Below, piece by piece: positions 47,775-59,469 of a stretch of 64,000 nt of DNA; positions within the stretch are counted from its first letter, which is position 1; every line of letters starts with the position of its first letter. The position numbers and the translations under genes are program-made. Origin of the DNA: Macrostomum lignano. Taxonomy: Eukaryota. The notes beneath the pieces are model-generated. The model ran no database searches. It was not told the origin of the DNA and saw only the letters and a program-made list of their open reading frames with translations. Where the stretch lies: positions 118,258 to 182,257 of the forward strand of contig NIVC01000909.1 of the NCBI GenBank assembly GCA_002269645.1, in the 5' to 3' direction.

Positions 47775-48029
47775 CTTTAAATTCGAAAATGTTGAGACAT
47801 TAGGATTTTATGGTATTAATTATTTATAATTTACTTGAATCATCATCGTGAACGAAGCTTACCGGCTACAACTCCAGAGTCTGGTCGCGAGAATATTGGC
47901 GAGGCTGGCAACTGCGTGAATGTCGCCTCCGTCATGTGCGCTGCGGTGAGGGATTAAAGGCAGTTTGCGGATGAGACTAAGGTTTTAGACAGAGTTGTGG
48001 GGCAGGTAGATATGGTGGTGAAGATGAAA

Positions 48030-48700
48030 GTGGGGTGAAGGGAGAAGGCGTGAAGGGAGAAGCGGGTGAAAGAAGAGGCGGGTGAAGGGAGAGGCGGGTG
48101 AAGGGAGAGGCGGGTGAAAGAAGAGGCGGGTGAAGGGAGAGGCGGATGAAGGGAGAGGCGGGTGAAGGGAGAGGCGGGTGAAGGGAGATGCGGGTGAAGG
48201 GAGAAGGCGTGAAGGGAGAAGGCGTGAAGGGAGAAGCGGGTGAAAGAAGAGGCGGGTGAAGGGAGAGGCGGGTGAAGGGAGAGGCGGGTGAAGGGAGAGG
48301 CGGAGGCGTGAAGGGAGAGGCGGGTGAAGGGAGAGGCGGGTGAAGGGAGAGGCGGGTGAAAGAAGAGGCGGGTGAAGGGAGAGGCGGGTGAAGGGAGAGG
48401 CGGGTGAAGGGAGAGGCGGGTGAAGGGAGAGGCGGGTTAAGGGAGAGGCGGGTGAAGGGAGAAGCGGGTGAAGGGAGAGGCGGGTGAAGGGAGAGGCAGG
48501 TGAATGGAGAGGCGAGTGAAGGGAGAGGCGGGTGAAGGGAGAGGCGGGTGAAGGGAGAGGCGGGTGAAGGGAGATGCGGGTGAAGGGAGAGGCGAGTGAA
48601 GGGAGAGGCGAGTGAAGGGAGAGGCGAGTGAAGGGAGAGGCGAGTGAAGGGAGAGGCGAGTGAAGGGAGAGGCGGGTGAAGGGAGAGGCGGGTGAGGGGA
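48030..48700. repeat. 16-bp purine-rich minisatellite (gggtgaagggagaggc), about 40 copies
   Basis: Direct reading. Confidence 0.95.
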
Positions 48701-49490
48701 GAATTATTGGAATCTATATGCCAGAATGGTAAACAAGTTAAGCCAAGCACCTATTATTATATTGTTATAATATAATAAGCCAAATTACTAATAATCATGG
48801 CCTGAGTTTATAAAAGTAGTATTCTCCTAGCTAGTCACGAGGGCAATACGACACTTCACGCATTGATTTGGAGACTGAATGATTTGAATAGTCAGCTTTA
48901 TCTAGCTCGTATTATAACTAAGCCCATCATTGTAAGGCGAGACACAATAGCCTCTTCATACCGTCGGGTCTGCCCTATTCCGCCTTTGGTGCAGCAAAAA
49001 AAAGTTGCACTTCCTTCTTGATCGTAATTTTTTTCCTTTCAAAACGCCAGAGAGCCTCCCGACCCACCCTAGCGACTGCTGCATGCAGACCAACTAAGAA
49101 CCGAAAGCAAACGTACTGCAAAAGTGCAACTAGACAAAACTAGCGCGGCCAAGTCCCATATTTTTCTCTTTAGCCGTTTTTTCGCTATCTTTCGTATTAT
49201 TGGCAAGGCACAAAGTGCAGCGCGTGAGTGACAAAAGGCGTGAGAGAGGATTTAATGATCATTTGGAAACGATACACTCGCAGTTCGCAGTTCGCAAGTC
49301 GCAAATCTTTAAAGGGTTCCGGTTACCAACTAGAGAGTCTTGAAAGGCCGACGCAATCAGATTTTTGTCTAGACTAGAAAGTCCCATCGATCTCCAATTA
49401 GTACGGCTCATTATCCTAAGAAAAGTTGGTCAATGCCCAAATTCTTCTACTTACAGTAGGCAAATTCAGGTTTTATTCTATTTTATTTAC

Positions 49491-49674
49491 CAGTTTCATC
49501 GTCTGACTCGGAAATCACGGTGGCTAAATCCTCCGATATGGCGGATTCTGGAGCCCTGTCAGCGTCGTCTTTGACTTCGGCTTGCCACGCTGAAGAAGTT
49601 GTGAGCGGCTTCAGCAGCTCAAATATCTCAACTTGATTGGTTTGATTTGCTAAGTGTGCCGGTGTCAGGTTTTG
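49491..49674 (-). CDS. ank2: Ankyrin exon: last ANK repeat and start of linker
   Basis: tttccag|caa QNLTPAHLA...PESAISEDLATVISESDDET g|gtaaat. Resembles the conserved PE..SDDEG linker start. Confidence 0.75.
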
Positions 49675-50129
49675 CTGGAAATTGTAATATATTATTAATT
49701 TTAGAAATAGTAATGATGAATGTAACCGGCAGAAATTCATCATTTACAGAATTTATTGACTCAACGAATTCGATCAAATAAAAGATAAGTTTTTTGAGAT
49801 TTCCTGGAAAATCTCTTTTATTTTCTGCCCGTAAGAATCTTGAGTAGTTAAGTATAACAAATTGCCTAATTACCATTTTAAATCCCATTTTTAGGAAGCT
49901 GGTTAGCTGGTTAGCTGGAAGACGGGGTAAAGCTATACCTGCTTTCAGAAGCCTTGAAAATCAACTAAGTAAAATCAATGCACTTGTGCTAACACGCCTA
50001 CATAAGTTTCAGGTACGTTCGGTCAGGAAACAACTACGAGTACTTAGGTGGTCCCTAAAGATTCTGTTGGGTGCCAAAATAATTACAATTGAGTGTTAGG
50101 AGTGGTACTTAGGTGTCAGAGGACATCCT

Positions 50130-50810
50130 TGGGTGTCAGAATACTGTGCTTGAGTGTAAGAATTGATGTACTTGAGTGTCAAAAGAAATTCTTGAGCGTC
50201 AGGAGATGCACTTGAGTGTCAGAAGATTTACTTGAGTGTCAGAAGATTTACCTGAGTGTCAGAAGATTTACTTGAGTGTCAGAAGATTTACCTGAGTGTC
50301 AGAAGATGTACTTGAGTGTCAGAAGATTTACCTGAGTGTCAGAAGATGTACTAAAGTGTTAGAAGATGTACTTGAGTGTCAGAAGAGGTATTTGAGTGTC
50401 AGAAGATGCACTTGAGCGTCAGAATATGTACTTAAGTGTCAGAATATGTACTTGAGTGTCAGAAGTGATGCTTGAGTTTCAGAAGAGATGCTTGAGTGTC
50501 AGAAGATGTAGTAGTTGAGTGTCATAAGATGTACTTGAGTGTCAGAAAATGTACTTCAGTGTCAGAAGAGATGCTTGACTGTCAGAAGATGTAGATTGTA
50601 CATAATTGTCATTATAGAGATGCTTGAGTTTCAGAAGAGATGCTTGAGTTTCAGAAGAGATGCTTGAGTTTCAGAAGAGATGCTTGAGTTTCAGAAGAGA
50701 TGCTTGAGTTTCAGAAGAGATGCTTGAGTTTCAGAAGAGATGCTTGAGTTTCAGAAGAGATGCTTGAGTTTCAGAAGAGATGCTTGAGTGTCAGAACATA
50801 TACGTGAGTG
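50130..50810. repeat. 20-bp minisatellite (cttgagtgtcagaagatgta), about 33 copies
   Basis: Direct reading. Confidence 0.92.
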
Positions 50811-50933
50811 TCCCTAGGGGAAAAGAAAAATTCACCAATTTAGACTCATTCTATGAAATAGTTTCTAATTGGATCCTCCGATCACTATATTCAGTGCTCT
50901 AAAGAATCGCCAAAACGCTGCAAAACAGCTCAC

Positions 50934-51536
50934 CGCATTCCGACAGTCAGCTGTAACACCTGGCTGATCCAGCAGCAGCCGAACAACTTCAATGTGGCCC
51001 TCCCTGGCGGCCAGGTGCAACGGTGTCTGACCGCTAGAGCCTCCAGTGCACTGCGGCTTGGCTCCAGCCTTCAGTAGGGACGCCACGGCGTCTGCATGAC
51101 CTCGACGTGCGGCCGCGTGCAGAGGTGTCCAGCCGCCTTCAACTCCGATGTCGCTGTTGCCGCTGACGCTGGTGGTGGCGGTGCTGCTGCTGCTGCTGAA
51201 GCAATTCGGGTTGGCTCCAGCTGAGAGCAGAGCCTGCAGCGCTTGGAGACGGTTGCCGTTGGCGGCCAGGTGCAGCGGCGTCACGCCGCGACCGCCGACG
51301 CAGTTCAGATCAGCTCCGGCCTCCACGAGCTGCCGGGTCACAACCGCTTGATCGCTTCGAGCCGCCAGGTGAAGCGGCGTCGCGCCCTTTCGAGTCACCG
51401 GCTGCAGCCGAGCGGCCGGCCACTCCTGCTGCTGCGAGTTCAACAGGATTCGAATCACGGCGTCATGCCCTTCGCGGGCGGCAAAGTGCAAACCGGTGTA
51501 GCCGTCGCGACAGGCCGCGTCGGGATTCGCTCCCGC
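50934..51536 (-). CDS. ank2: Ankyrin exon: five ANK repeats with insertions (201 codons)
   Basis: cccacag|gcg...gcg|gtgagc, GYTGLHFAAREGH, GATPLHLAA, GVTPLHLAA, GWTPLHAAA, GQTPLHLAAREGH. Confidence 0.88.
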
Positions 51537-52082
51537 CTGTGGGTGTGAGGATTTATGAAGAAGAAAGTCATGCGGTTCCAACACCAGTTTAACCGGCTTC
51601 CTGTGATTCGATTTCAAGATTTGCGAAGCGACTCGTGCAGTCAGGTCACATCATCCGCGCCGAGGTCGCACTGCCCACAGACGGTGCAGGTGGAGCTCCT
51701 GCTCTAACGCTCCAGGCATCCTACCGGCAATGACAAACGCTTACTCGACAATTCGTCGACTTCCTTGTCGTCCATCAATGACATTGTAGCGTTATTGTAG
51801 AAATGTACCCGTGTCATTTTACTAGCGCTTCGGTAGCGTGTTCTAAGCAATCCTTTTCTTACAATACGTAGAAACAGTTCTTTGTGTACCAAATGACGCT
51901 TACGTATGGTGGATGGCTTGGGTCTTGCTTGTTCGGATTAAATTTTCAACGAGAATTAATTCAAAATTGCATTATAACTTTTTCTTGTGCGGTTGCTAAG
52001 ACGGTATATTTTCGGACCTTAAAATTTATTTAACAGCTACATGTAACATATACTGCGAAACTACGAGGTAGCAAAGCCTCAC

Positions 52083-52958
52083 CTTGAGTAGAAGTTCCAC
52101 AGCTTCAGCGTTGCCAGTCCGACACGCCACATGAAGCGACGTCTGTCCGTCTGTTGCAGCGGCGTCCGCGTTCACCTTCGTCTGTTCGAGCAGGAGCCTG
52201 GCTGTCTCGGTATGCCCGCCTCGCATAGCCATGTGCAGCGGAGTCTCCCCCTTGGCTGTCACCGCGGACGCATTCCCCCTGCCCCTGTCGACGAGTAGCG
52301 CGGCGCAAGCTGTCTGTCCTAAGAACGCGGCCACGTGCAACGGTGTCAAACCCGTGACATCCGTGGCTGCGTCCGGTTCGGCTCCGTAGTTGAGCAACAG
52401 CTCAACAATGCGCACCCGGCCCTTCTTGCAGGCGATGTGCAGCGCGGTGAAGCCATTTAACGCTCGTGCGCTCGCTCTACATCCGCTGTCTAGTAGTAGC
52501 TGCGTTGAGCTGACGTAGCCGCAGTGGGCCGCAACGTGCAACGGTGTCAGCTGATCCACGGTGACGTCCTCGCTGTTGGCGCCACGAGCTAGCAGCAGTC
52601 TGGCACAGTCTGTGTGGTCACCTTGCACGGCCATGTGCAACGGGCTCAGGCCGCTCCTTGAGCGCAGATCAATACCAGCGTTCAACTCGAGGAGCAGCTT
52701 CAATACGGCCGTCTGTCCAGATCTGGCGGCGCAGTGAACGGCTGTCAATCCGTCGCGCGTTCGAGCGTCGACCGCGGCGCCGCGTTCAATGAGCTTCTGC
52801 GCCACGGACAGCATGCCCCATTTGGCGGCCACGTGCAGCGGAGCGATGCCGTTACGCGCCGGGAAGTTCGGGTCGGCGCCGCGGTCCAGCAGCAGGCTGG
52901 CTACACCTGCGCTGCCGTAGTGGGCGGCAATGTGCAACGCCGTGAAGCCGCTGCCGGC
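52083..52958 (-). CDS. ank2: Ankyrin exon: ANK repeats 7-15 (292 codons)
   Basis: ctaccag|gcc...aag|gtgagg, GFTALHIAAHYG, PLHVAAKWG, TPLHVAAHCG, ALHIACKKGR. Confidence 0.92.
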
Positions 52959-53421
52959 CTGGTAGGAAATACACGAGCGTAGTGTTGTCGGAATTTTCGT
53001 CTCAGCTAACAAGAAGACGATTTTCAAATAGCTAGATAAACTTTTAACATTCACGTTGAAGCCCCAGACGAAACAATATATGATAAAGTTCACGAACATA
53101 CTTTCAATTACAATTATACTTGACAAAGAATGTTTCAGGTGCATAGCCAATGAGCAAGGATGCTTTGCCCTAATAGGCTCGCAAAAGTACCTTTCCCGTT
53201 GATTTGGCGTCTCCGTTTTCAATATTTAGGTAATTCCACAACTAATTGGGCCTACCGCTGCTGGAGCCCCCATGATGGCGCTCCTTTCCGACGGCGCAAT
53301 CAGGATGATCATCCCAAAGTGTCCCAAAGCGATAATATTCGATAAGATTCGACAATAAATTATGGAAAATTCGTCGTACCCTTAGTAGTCTTTGACTTGC
53401 ATTGTTGTCAGCACCACTCAC

Positions 53422-53898
53422 CTGATGATTGGGATCGCAGTCGGATGTGAGCAGCAATCCTGCACTGCGTACGTCGTCCTTCTTCGCGGCCACGTGCAGC
53501 GCCGGCATCCGCGACCGGCAGCGAGTGTCCGTCTCCAGGAGCACCGCGACCACTTTGTCGTGTCCCTGTTGAAGCGCCACCGCTAACGGAGTGAATCCGT
53601 CGGTTGTAGCCAGACTCTGCGACGCACCCGACGCTATCAGGTGTCGAACAACTTCCAGATGATTCTCCTGAGCGGCCATGTAGAGCGGTGAGAAGCCCGC
53701 CTGCGACTGGCAGTTCACTTTGGCACCCCGTTCGATCAGCAATTTCACAACTTCGAGCTGGCCTGCAAGCGATGCGATGTGCAACGCGCTGTTGCCTTTC
53801 TTGGTGCGAGCGTCCGGGTCTGCGCCTCTGGATAATAGCTCCTGTACCACCGCCGTGTGGCCTTCCTTGCTGGCCAGGTGCAGAGCGTTGAGTCCATT
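53422..53898 (-). CDS. ank2: Ankyrin exon: ANK repeats 2-6 (159 codons)
   Basis: cgcacag|aat [14 protein letters not shown]...[18 protein letters not shown]...cag|gtgagt. These are diagnostic canonical-ankyrin repeats. Confidence 0.93.
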
Positions 53899-54039
53899 CT
53901 GTGCGGGTTTTAAATAGTGAGAAAGTATCAAAATAATTTCTATATTAATCTGTACTCGAAAGAGACTGCGACAAGTAACTCAGATGAGGTAAAAGCGTAG
54001 CTGAGCGAGACTAGCGGTAGCTTTACCACTCAGGAGAAA

Positions 54040-54530
54040 TTTCTCGGATTGCGAAGTACTCAATGAGGAATTGCTCAGATTGTCAAGTACTCAATGGGAA
54101 ATTGCTCAGATTGTCAAGTACTCAATGAGAAATTGCTCAGATTGTCAAGTACTCAATGAGGAATTGCTCCGATTGTCAAGTACTCAATGAGGAATTGCTC
54201 AGATTGTCAAGTACTCAATGAGGAATTGCTCCGATTGTCAAGTACTCAATGAGGAATTGCTCAGATTGTCAAGTACTCAATGAGGAATTGCTCCGATTGT
54301 CAAGTACTCAATGGGGAATTTTATCGGACTGTCAAGTACTCAATAGGGATTTTCTCAGATTGTCAAGTACTCAATAGGGATTTTCTCAGATTGTCAAGTA
54401 CTCAATAGGGATTTTCTCAGATTGTCAAGTACTCAATAGGGATTTTCTCAGATTGTCAAGTACTCAATGGGAAATTTCTCAGATTGTCAAGTACTCAATG
54501 AGGAGTTGCTCCGATTGTCAAGTACTCAAT
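54040..54530. repeat. 31-bp minisatellite (gtactcaatgaggaattgctcagattgtcaa), about 15 copies
   Basis: Direct reading. Confidence 0.93.
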
Positions 54531-55914
54531 CAACATAGACGAGTATCAATGGCTAGATGAAGAACCGAAGAAAATTAGCCTGTGTAACGAATCCCCTACC
54601 TTTTCGTCGTAGAAATTCAAATACCGTTCAATATCCGGCGGTACCGCGTGCCGATGTCTTTTCAACGATTTGGAAAAAAGTTTGGCGGTCCCAGCCGCTG
54701 ACGAGCTCATGATTTAGTTCTGCCTTTCGGGCTACAAAATAACCAGTTTATTAGCTACTGTGAAGCACCCCCAACTAAACGAAAATCGGCAGAAATTCTG
54801 GCGGTAGTGTATAATTGAGCCAATTCGAACAGCACAAAATGATTCGGCCGGGTGCTGCGAAGGTGAAAAAGTAACTCTCTTCTCTTCTAATAACTGGTTG
54901 CACGCGGCTCTCTTTATTTCTTTGTAATTCGCACGCTTGTCTCTCCGAATTTTTGCCGAACAGAAGAAGAAGGCGAAAGAAAGACAGATAATGATGGAGA
55001 GAGCTAACGCAAAGTAGAAGAAGAAGAAAGTCGAAGAACTTTTCTCCTTCTACTGCGTCAGATACTGGCAAACAGGCCTTTTCACTCTCCTCTCGGGCTA
55101 GGGTGGGCAAAGGTAGTCAAAGGAAAAATTTCCCCAGTTCGCAGTGGTTGGCCAGCTAATTCCTAGCAGCAACCGACGTTCAATTTTGTTTTCATCCTTC
55201 ACTCTCTCTCTCTCTCTCTCACACACACACAGGATGCGTATTGTGCTTTTCCTTACCAGCCAACTGGGGAGGCGTCCGTCCACCTATAGATACTAAAATA
55301 ATCCGCATTTCCCAACGTCAGTCTTCGATCCCTACCCCCCCCTCTACGCGATGCCAAGCTTTGACCTTCGGGTTGTGGAGTTGGGGGTGGGGGTGGGGTG
55401 AAGGTAAGGAGCGAAAGTAGTTCGTTGCCGTTGGCTGTATTGGAAAGGTGCGCGATCTGTGCGATGGCAGCTATTTCGCTAGGGTTAGGGTTGGCAGTAA
55501 ACAGTCCCCAATAGATTTTGCTGCATATCTGCCTACCTGCAAACAGTTTTAGGCGAGTATATCGCGAATCACGGCAAAGTGCAGCAAGCATAGGCACACA
55601 ACCTTTCATGTACTATACTGGCTTCGAATAATAAATGCCAACCTGCTATCGTCAGTAAAGACGCTTATCGTGAGGATTCTATCGATTTTTCTACGGTCTG
55701 ACAACTGCGTTTCGCGAAGTGGGTGTGAGAGAGAGAGATAGACAGCCATGATAGCTTATATTAGGGCGACACAGAGCTTTACTTACTACTCTTGCTAAGT
55801 AGTTTGATAAGAAGTTACTTGAGAAAATTTGGAAAACTTGTTTAAAGTTCTACAACTAAGGAGAAGTCCTACTAAACTCTTCAGCTATCCACCAAATTCT
55901 CCTTCGTTGAGGGA

Positions 55915-56175
55915 GTAATTCCCTTCTCAGCAATGGTGTACATGTAATTCCCTACACAGCAATGGTGTACATGTAATTCCCTACACAGCAATGGTGTACA
56001 TGTAATTCCCTACACAGCAATGGTGTAATTCTTTAGTCAGCAATGGTGTAATTCCCTACACAGCAATGGTGTAATTCCCTACACTGCAATGGAGTAATAC
56101 CCTACTCAGGAATAGAGCAATTCCCTAGTCAGCAATTGTGTAATTCCCTACTCAACAATGGCTTAATTCCCTACA
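55915..56175. repeat. 23-29-bp minisatellite (aattccctacacagcaatggtgt)
   Basis: Direct reading. About 10 copies. Confidence 0.85.
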
Positions 56176-56669
56176 TTCCACTATGTAGTAGTAAAAGTCA
56201 ATATTCTTGTTCAATAATTGAAGAAAACTGATAAATGCTTAATGGCATCTAACATTTACCGTATCCATAGTTTACAAGTAAAATGTACTGTTTTGACTAA
56301 TCCGTTTCATTACCCCGTGAATCCTGTTGGTGATTAATCATAAAATTTCCATCTTTTCATTGTACAGTACGACGCGGTGAATATACCATAAGATCACGAT
56401 AAGCCAGACAGAAAAGTATATTGAAGCAGACTATGCTTTCTCTGTACTGAAGTATTGGCTAACGAAAAAATACCAACTATAGATGGATGATGTACTTTTC
56501 TAAAATCCGAGCGTAGCTTATACTTCAAGTAGTAACTACAACCTTATTGCAGGTATTTCGGCTCAACTCAAGGCATGCAGACAATATTTATCGTGATAAA
56601 TGCCAATTAGTGCTTATGACAGAAAATTAGTGCAAGGGTGTGAAATTTGAAGAGTTTGACATTCACAGG

Positions 56670-57340
56670 ATGTGTCATTCTAATGGTGTGACATTCTAAT
56701 GGTGTGACATTCTAATGGTGTAACATTCTCACGGTGTGACATTCTAAAGGTGTGACATTCTAACGGCGGGACATTCTAACGGCGGGACATTATTCTAACG
56801 GCGGGACCTTATTCTAACGGCGGGACATTCTAACGGCGGGACCTTATTCTAACGGCGGGACATTATTCTAACGGCGGGACCTTATTCTAACGGCGGGACA
56901 TTCTAACGGCGGGACATTCTAACGGCGGGACATTCTAACGGCGGGACATTCTAACGGCGGGACATTCTAACGGCGGGACATTATTCTAACGGCGGGACCT
57001 TATTCTAACGGCGGGACATTCTAACGGCGGGACATTCTAACGGCGGGACATTCTAACGGCGGGACATTCTAACGGCGGGACATTCTAACGGCGGGACATT
57101 CTAACGGCGTGACATTCTAACGGCGGGACATTCTAACGGCGGGACATTCTAACGGCGTGACATTCTAACGGCGGGACATTGACATAGAGTGACCTTCTAA
57201 TGGTGTGAAATTTCAAGGGTGTGAAATTATAAGAGGGTGACGTTCTAAGAGTGTATCAATCTAAGAGTGTGACAATCCTGAGGGTGTGACATTATAATGG
57301 TGACATTGTAAGGCTGTGACTTTCTAAGGACATGACATTC
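56670..57340. repeat. 16-bp minisatellite (gacattctaacggcgg) with degenerate flanks
   Basis: Direct reading. Confidence 0.92.
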
Positions 57341-57452
57341 CAAGGGTGTGAACTTTTAGCGATTTTAAGCATGTGTACTTATTACTATGCGCTCTGTAGA
57401 CACCTGTGAAAAAAACGATAAGCACTTTCAAGCCGAGAGCAAAAACACTCAC

Positions 57453-57554
57453 AGCATTGCTGGTATCGATTCTGGTTCCGCACTCCAGGTAGTCCAAGAC
57501 CTTCTCCAAAGTTCCGGCCCTGGCAACGCGCAGAAAATTCTGACTTGGGTCCGA
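57453..57554 (-). CDS. ank2: Ankyrin exon: ANK repeat 1 (34 codons)
   Basis: cattccag|tcg SDPSQNFLRVARAGTLEKVLDYLECGTRIDTSNA|gtgagt, matching the canonical SD...FLRAARAGNL first repeat. Confidence 0.9.
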
Positions 57555-58104
57555 CTGGAATGAACGGAAGAAGCGGGGGGGGGCAATGATTTAACAATCT
57601 TGCCTCGAATAGTTGCTATATGCTGAGCACCTTCTGATCACTTTTAAGTCGGTGAAATTTAATGCGCTCTGGCATCTTAGTTGAATAATTTCCTAAAAAT
57701 ATTTTATCAAGTATTTTTTAGTACATAAAAATCGATATATTAATCATAAAAGTACATTTTTCATTGAGTCCCTACCAGGGTTGACATTAGATGAGGCTCA
57801 ACTCACAAGCGCCCAAGGCTTTTCACAAATTGTGTGACAGATCAAGGAAACGGGGTGGGGGTGGGGGGTGGCTAACGCTTGAAACTTGAAGCTCAAGTCC
57901 AGTGATCGATGAAACCTGATACCGCATCAGCTCCATCATTTTCTATCATTAGCATATTAATTATGGTATATATATATATATAGTATAACACTCCATTCAG
58001 AAATAGTCTTTATTTTGTCAAATTGACATCGAGAATATTTATTCGATACACTGATAGCTGTGAGAAGTAGTTGCATGAAGTCATTTTAAAGTTGAAATGT
58101 TTAA

Positions 58105-58500
58105 GGGTGTGACATTCTTATAGTGTGACATTCTGAGGGTGTGACATTCTAAGAGTGCGACATTCTAAGAGTGTGACATTCCAAAGGGGGTGACATTTCA
58201 AAGGGGGTGACATTCTAAGGGTGTGACATTCCAAAGGGGGTGACATTTCAAAGGGGGTGACATTCTAAGGGTGTGACATTCCAAAGGGGGTGACATTCTT
58301 AAGGTGTGAAGTTCTAAGGATCTGAAATTCTAAGGGTGTGACATTTCTAGGGTGTGACATTTCTAGGGTGTGACATTCAAATGGTGAGAAATTTTAAGGG
58401 CGTGAACTTCCAAGGGTGTGACATTCCAAGGGTGTGACATTCCAAGGGTGTGACATTCCAAGGGTGTGACATTCTAATGGTGTGACATTCTGAGAGTATG
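58105..58500. repeat. 16/17-bp minisatellite (gacattctaagggtgt), related to the 56.7-kb array
   Basis: Direct reading. Confidence 0.85.
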
Positions 58501-58645
58501 ACTTTCAGACGTTGTGATATTCTAAGAGTTCTAAAACTTTTAAGTGTGTTAGAGTCTCAGGATCTGACACTGATGCACATCGATCCAGCCACGAGTTTGG
58601 ATTAGTGAAGACTATTAGCCTCAGGAAAGAAATATAAAGACTTAC

Positions 58646-58678
58646 ATCAAGTGAGAAGGCGCTGCCAAGACTATCCAT
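58646..58678 (-). CDS. ank2: Candidate first coding exon (MDSLGSAFSLD)
   Basis: ATG with an in-frame TGA two codons upstream, phase-0 gtaagt donor. Confidence 0.35.
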
Positions 58679-59108
58679 AAGTCAGCTGGTTTCAATATTT
58701 ACACTTATTTATCTGTCCGTATTTATGAATTGTTAACACCTGTTCACAATACCATAATACCTTTTAAGATAGGAACCTAAATAGGATTTCCAACTTGACT
58801 ATACAAACTAAAACCAAATATATTGGATTCCTTAGTGCATCATAAATGATGATGGCCAGAAACCCATGCGGTACACGAGTTGTGGTGGTGAATTCTTTAA
58901 AGCTTTCACCCGTTCACTCTCTCTCTCTCTCACTCCCCTCCCTCTGCCCCCATTTTCTACATGACTGAATGAACATTTTGGAAGGAATTGGGTCTGGGCC
59001 TGGTTGCATACCGCATTGCTTTTGTCTTCCTCTGCCCCACTATGCGGTACGTTTGGACTTTCCTAACCCACGGAGGGGGATGGGTCAGTTGCTGATTTCT
59101 TCCCTCAC

Positions 59109-59150
59109 CTCTCTGCTTTCTTCAGCCTTCAGCGCATATCTAGCCAGCAT
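59109..59150 (-). CDS. ank2: Candidate alternative first coding exon (MLARYALKAEESRE)
   Basis: ATG plus a phase-0 gtgagg donor. Confidence 0.3.
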
Positions 59151-59469
59151 GGTTCTGTTTGGGCCAGTTGGAGAGCGGATTCAGAAGATGTAACAATCCA
59201 AATTGCGTGAAAATGTGGCCAGAGTAACATTTTTTGTTTTGTTCAACCTGATGTCGGGGTTTTATCAAAGTGTTTTTTTTACATAAAAAGACAGATTACA
59301 TTTCTGGAGCTCGAAGATAAAATTGTGTGGCAAGTTTTCTAAGAATTCAATGAGTTTTACTACTTTTCAGTAGACTTGGCGTGTATATGAAATTCAAGCG
59401 GTTGTCGTAACTTGATGGCATTCAAGATAGCATGAGTGTTTAAATATTTTTCTAAAATAGATTCATTTC

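Noticed and set aside
51600-51900. GC-richer intronic segment with a CTVCGQC fragment
   Set aside because: Flanked by stops in that frame, with no complete domain or splice support.
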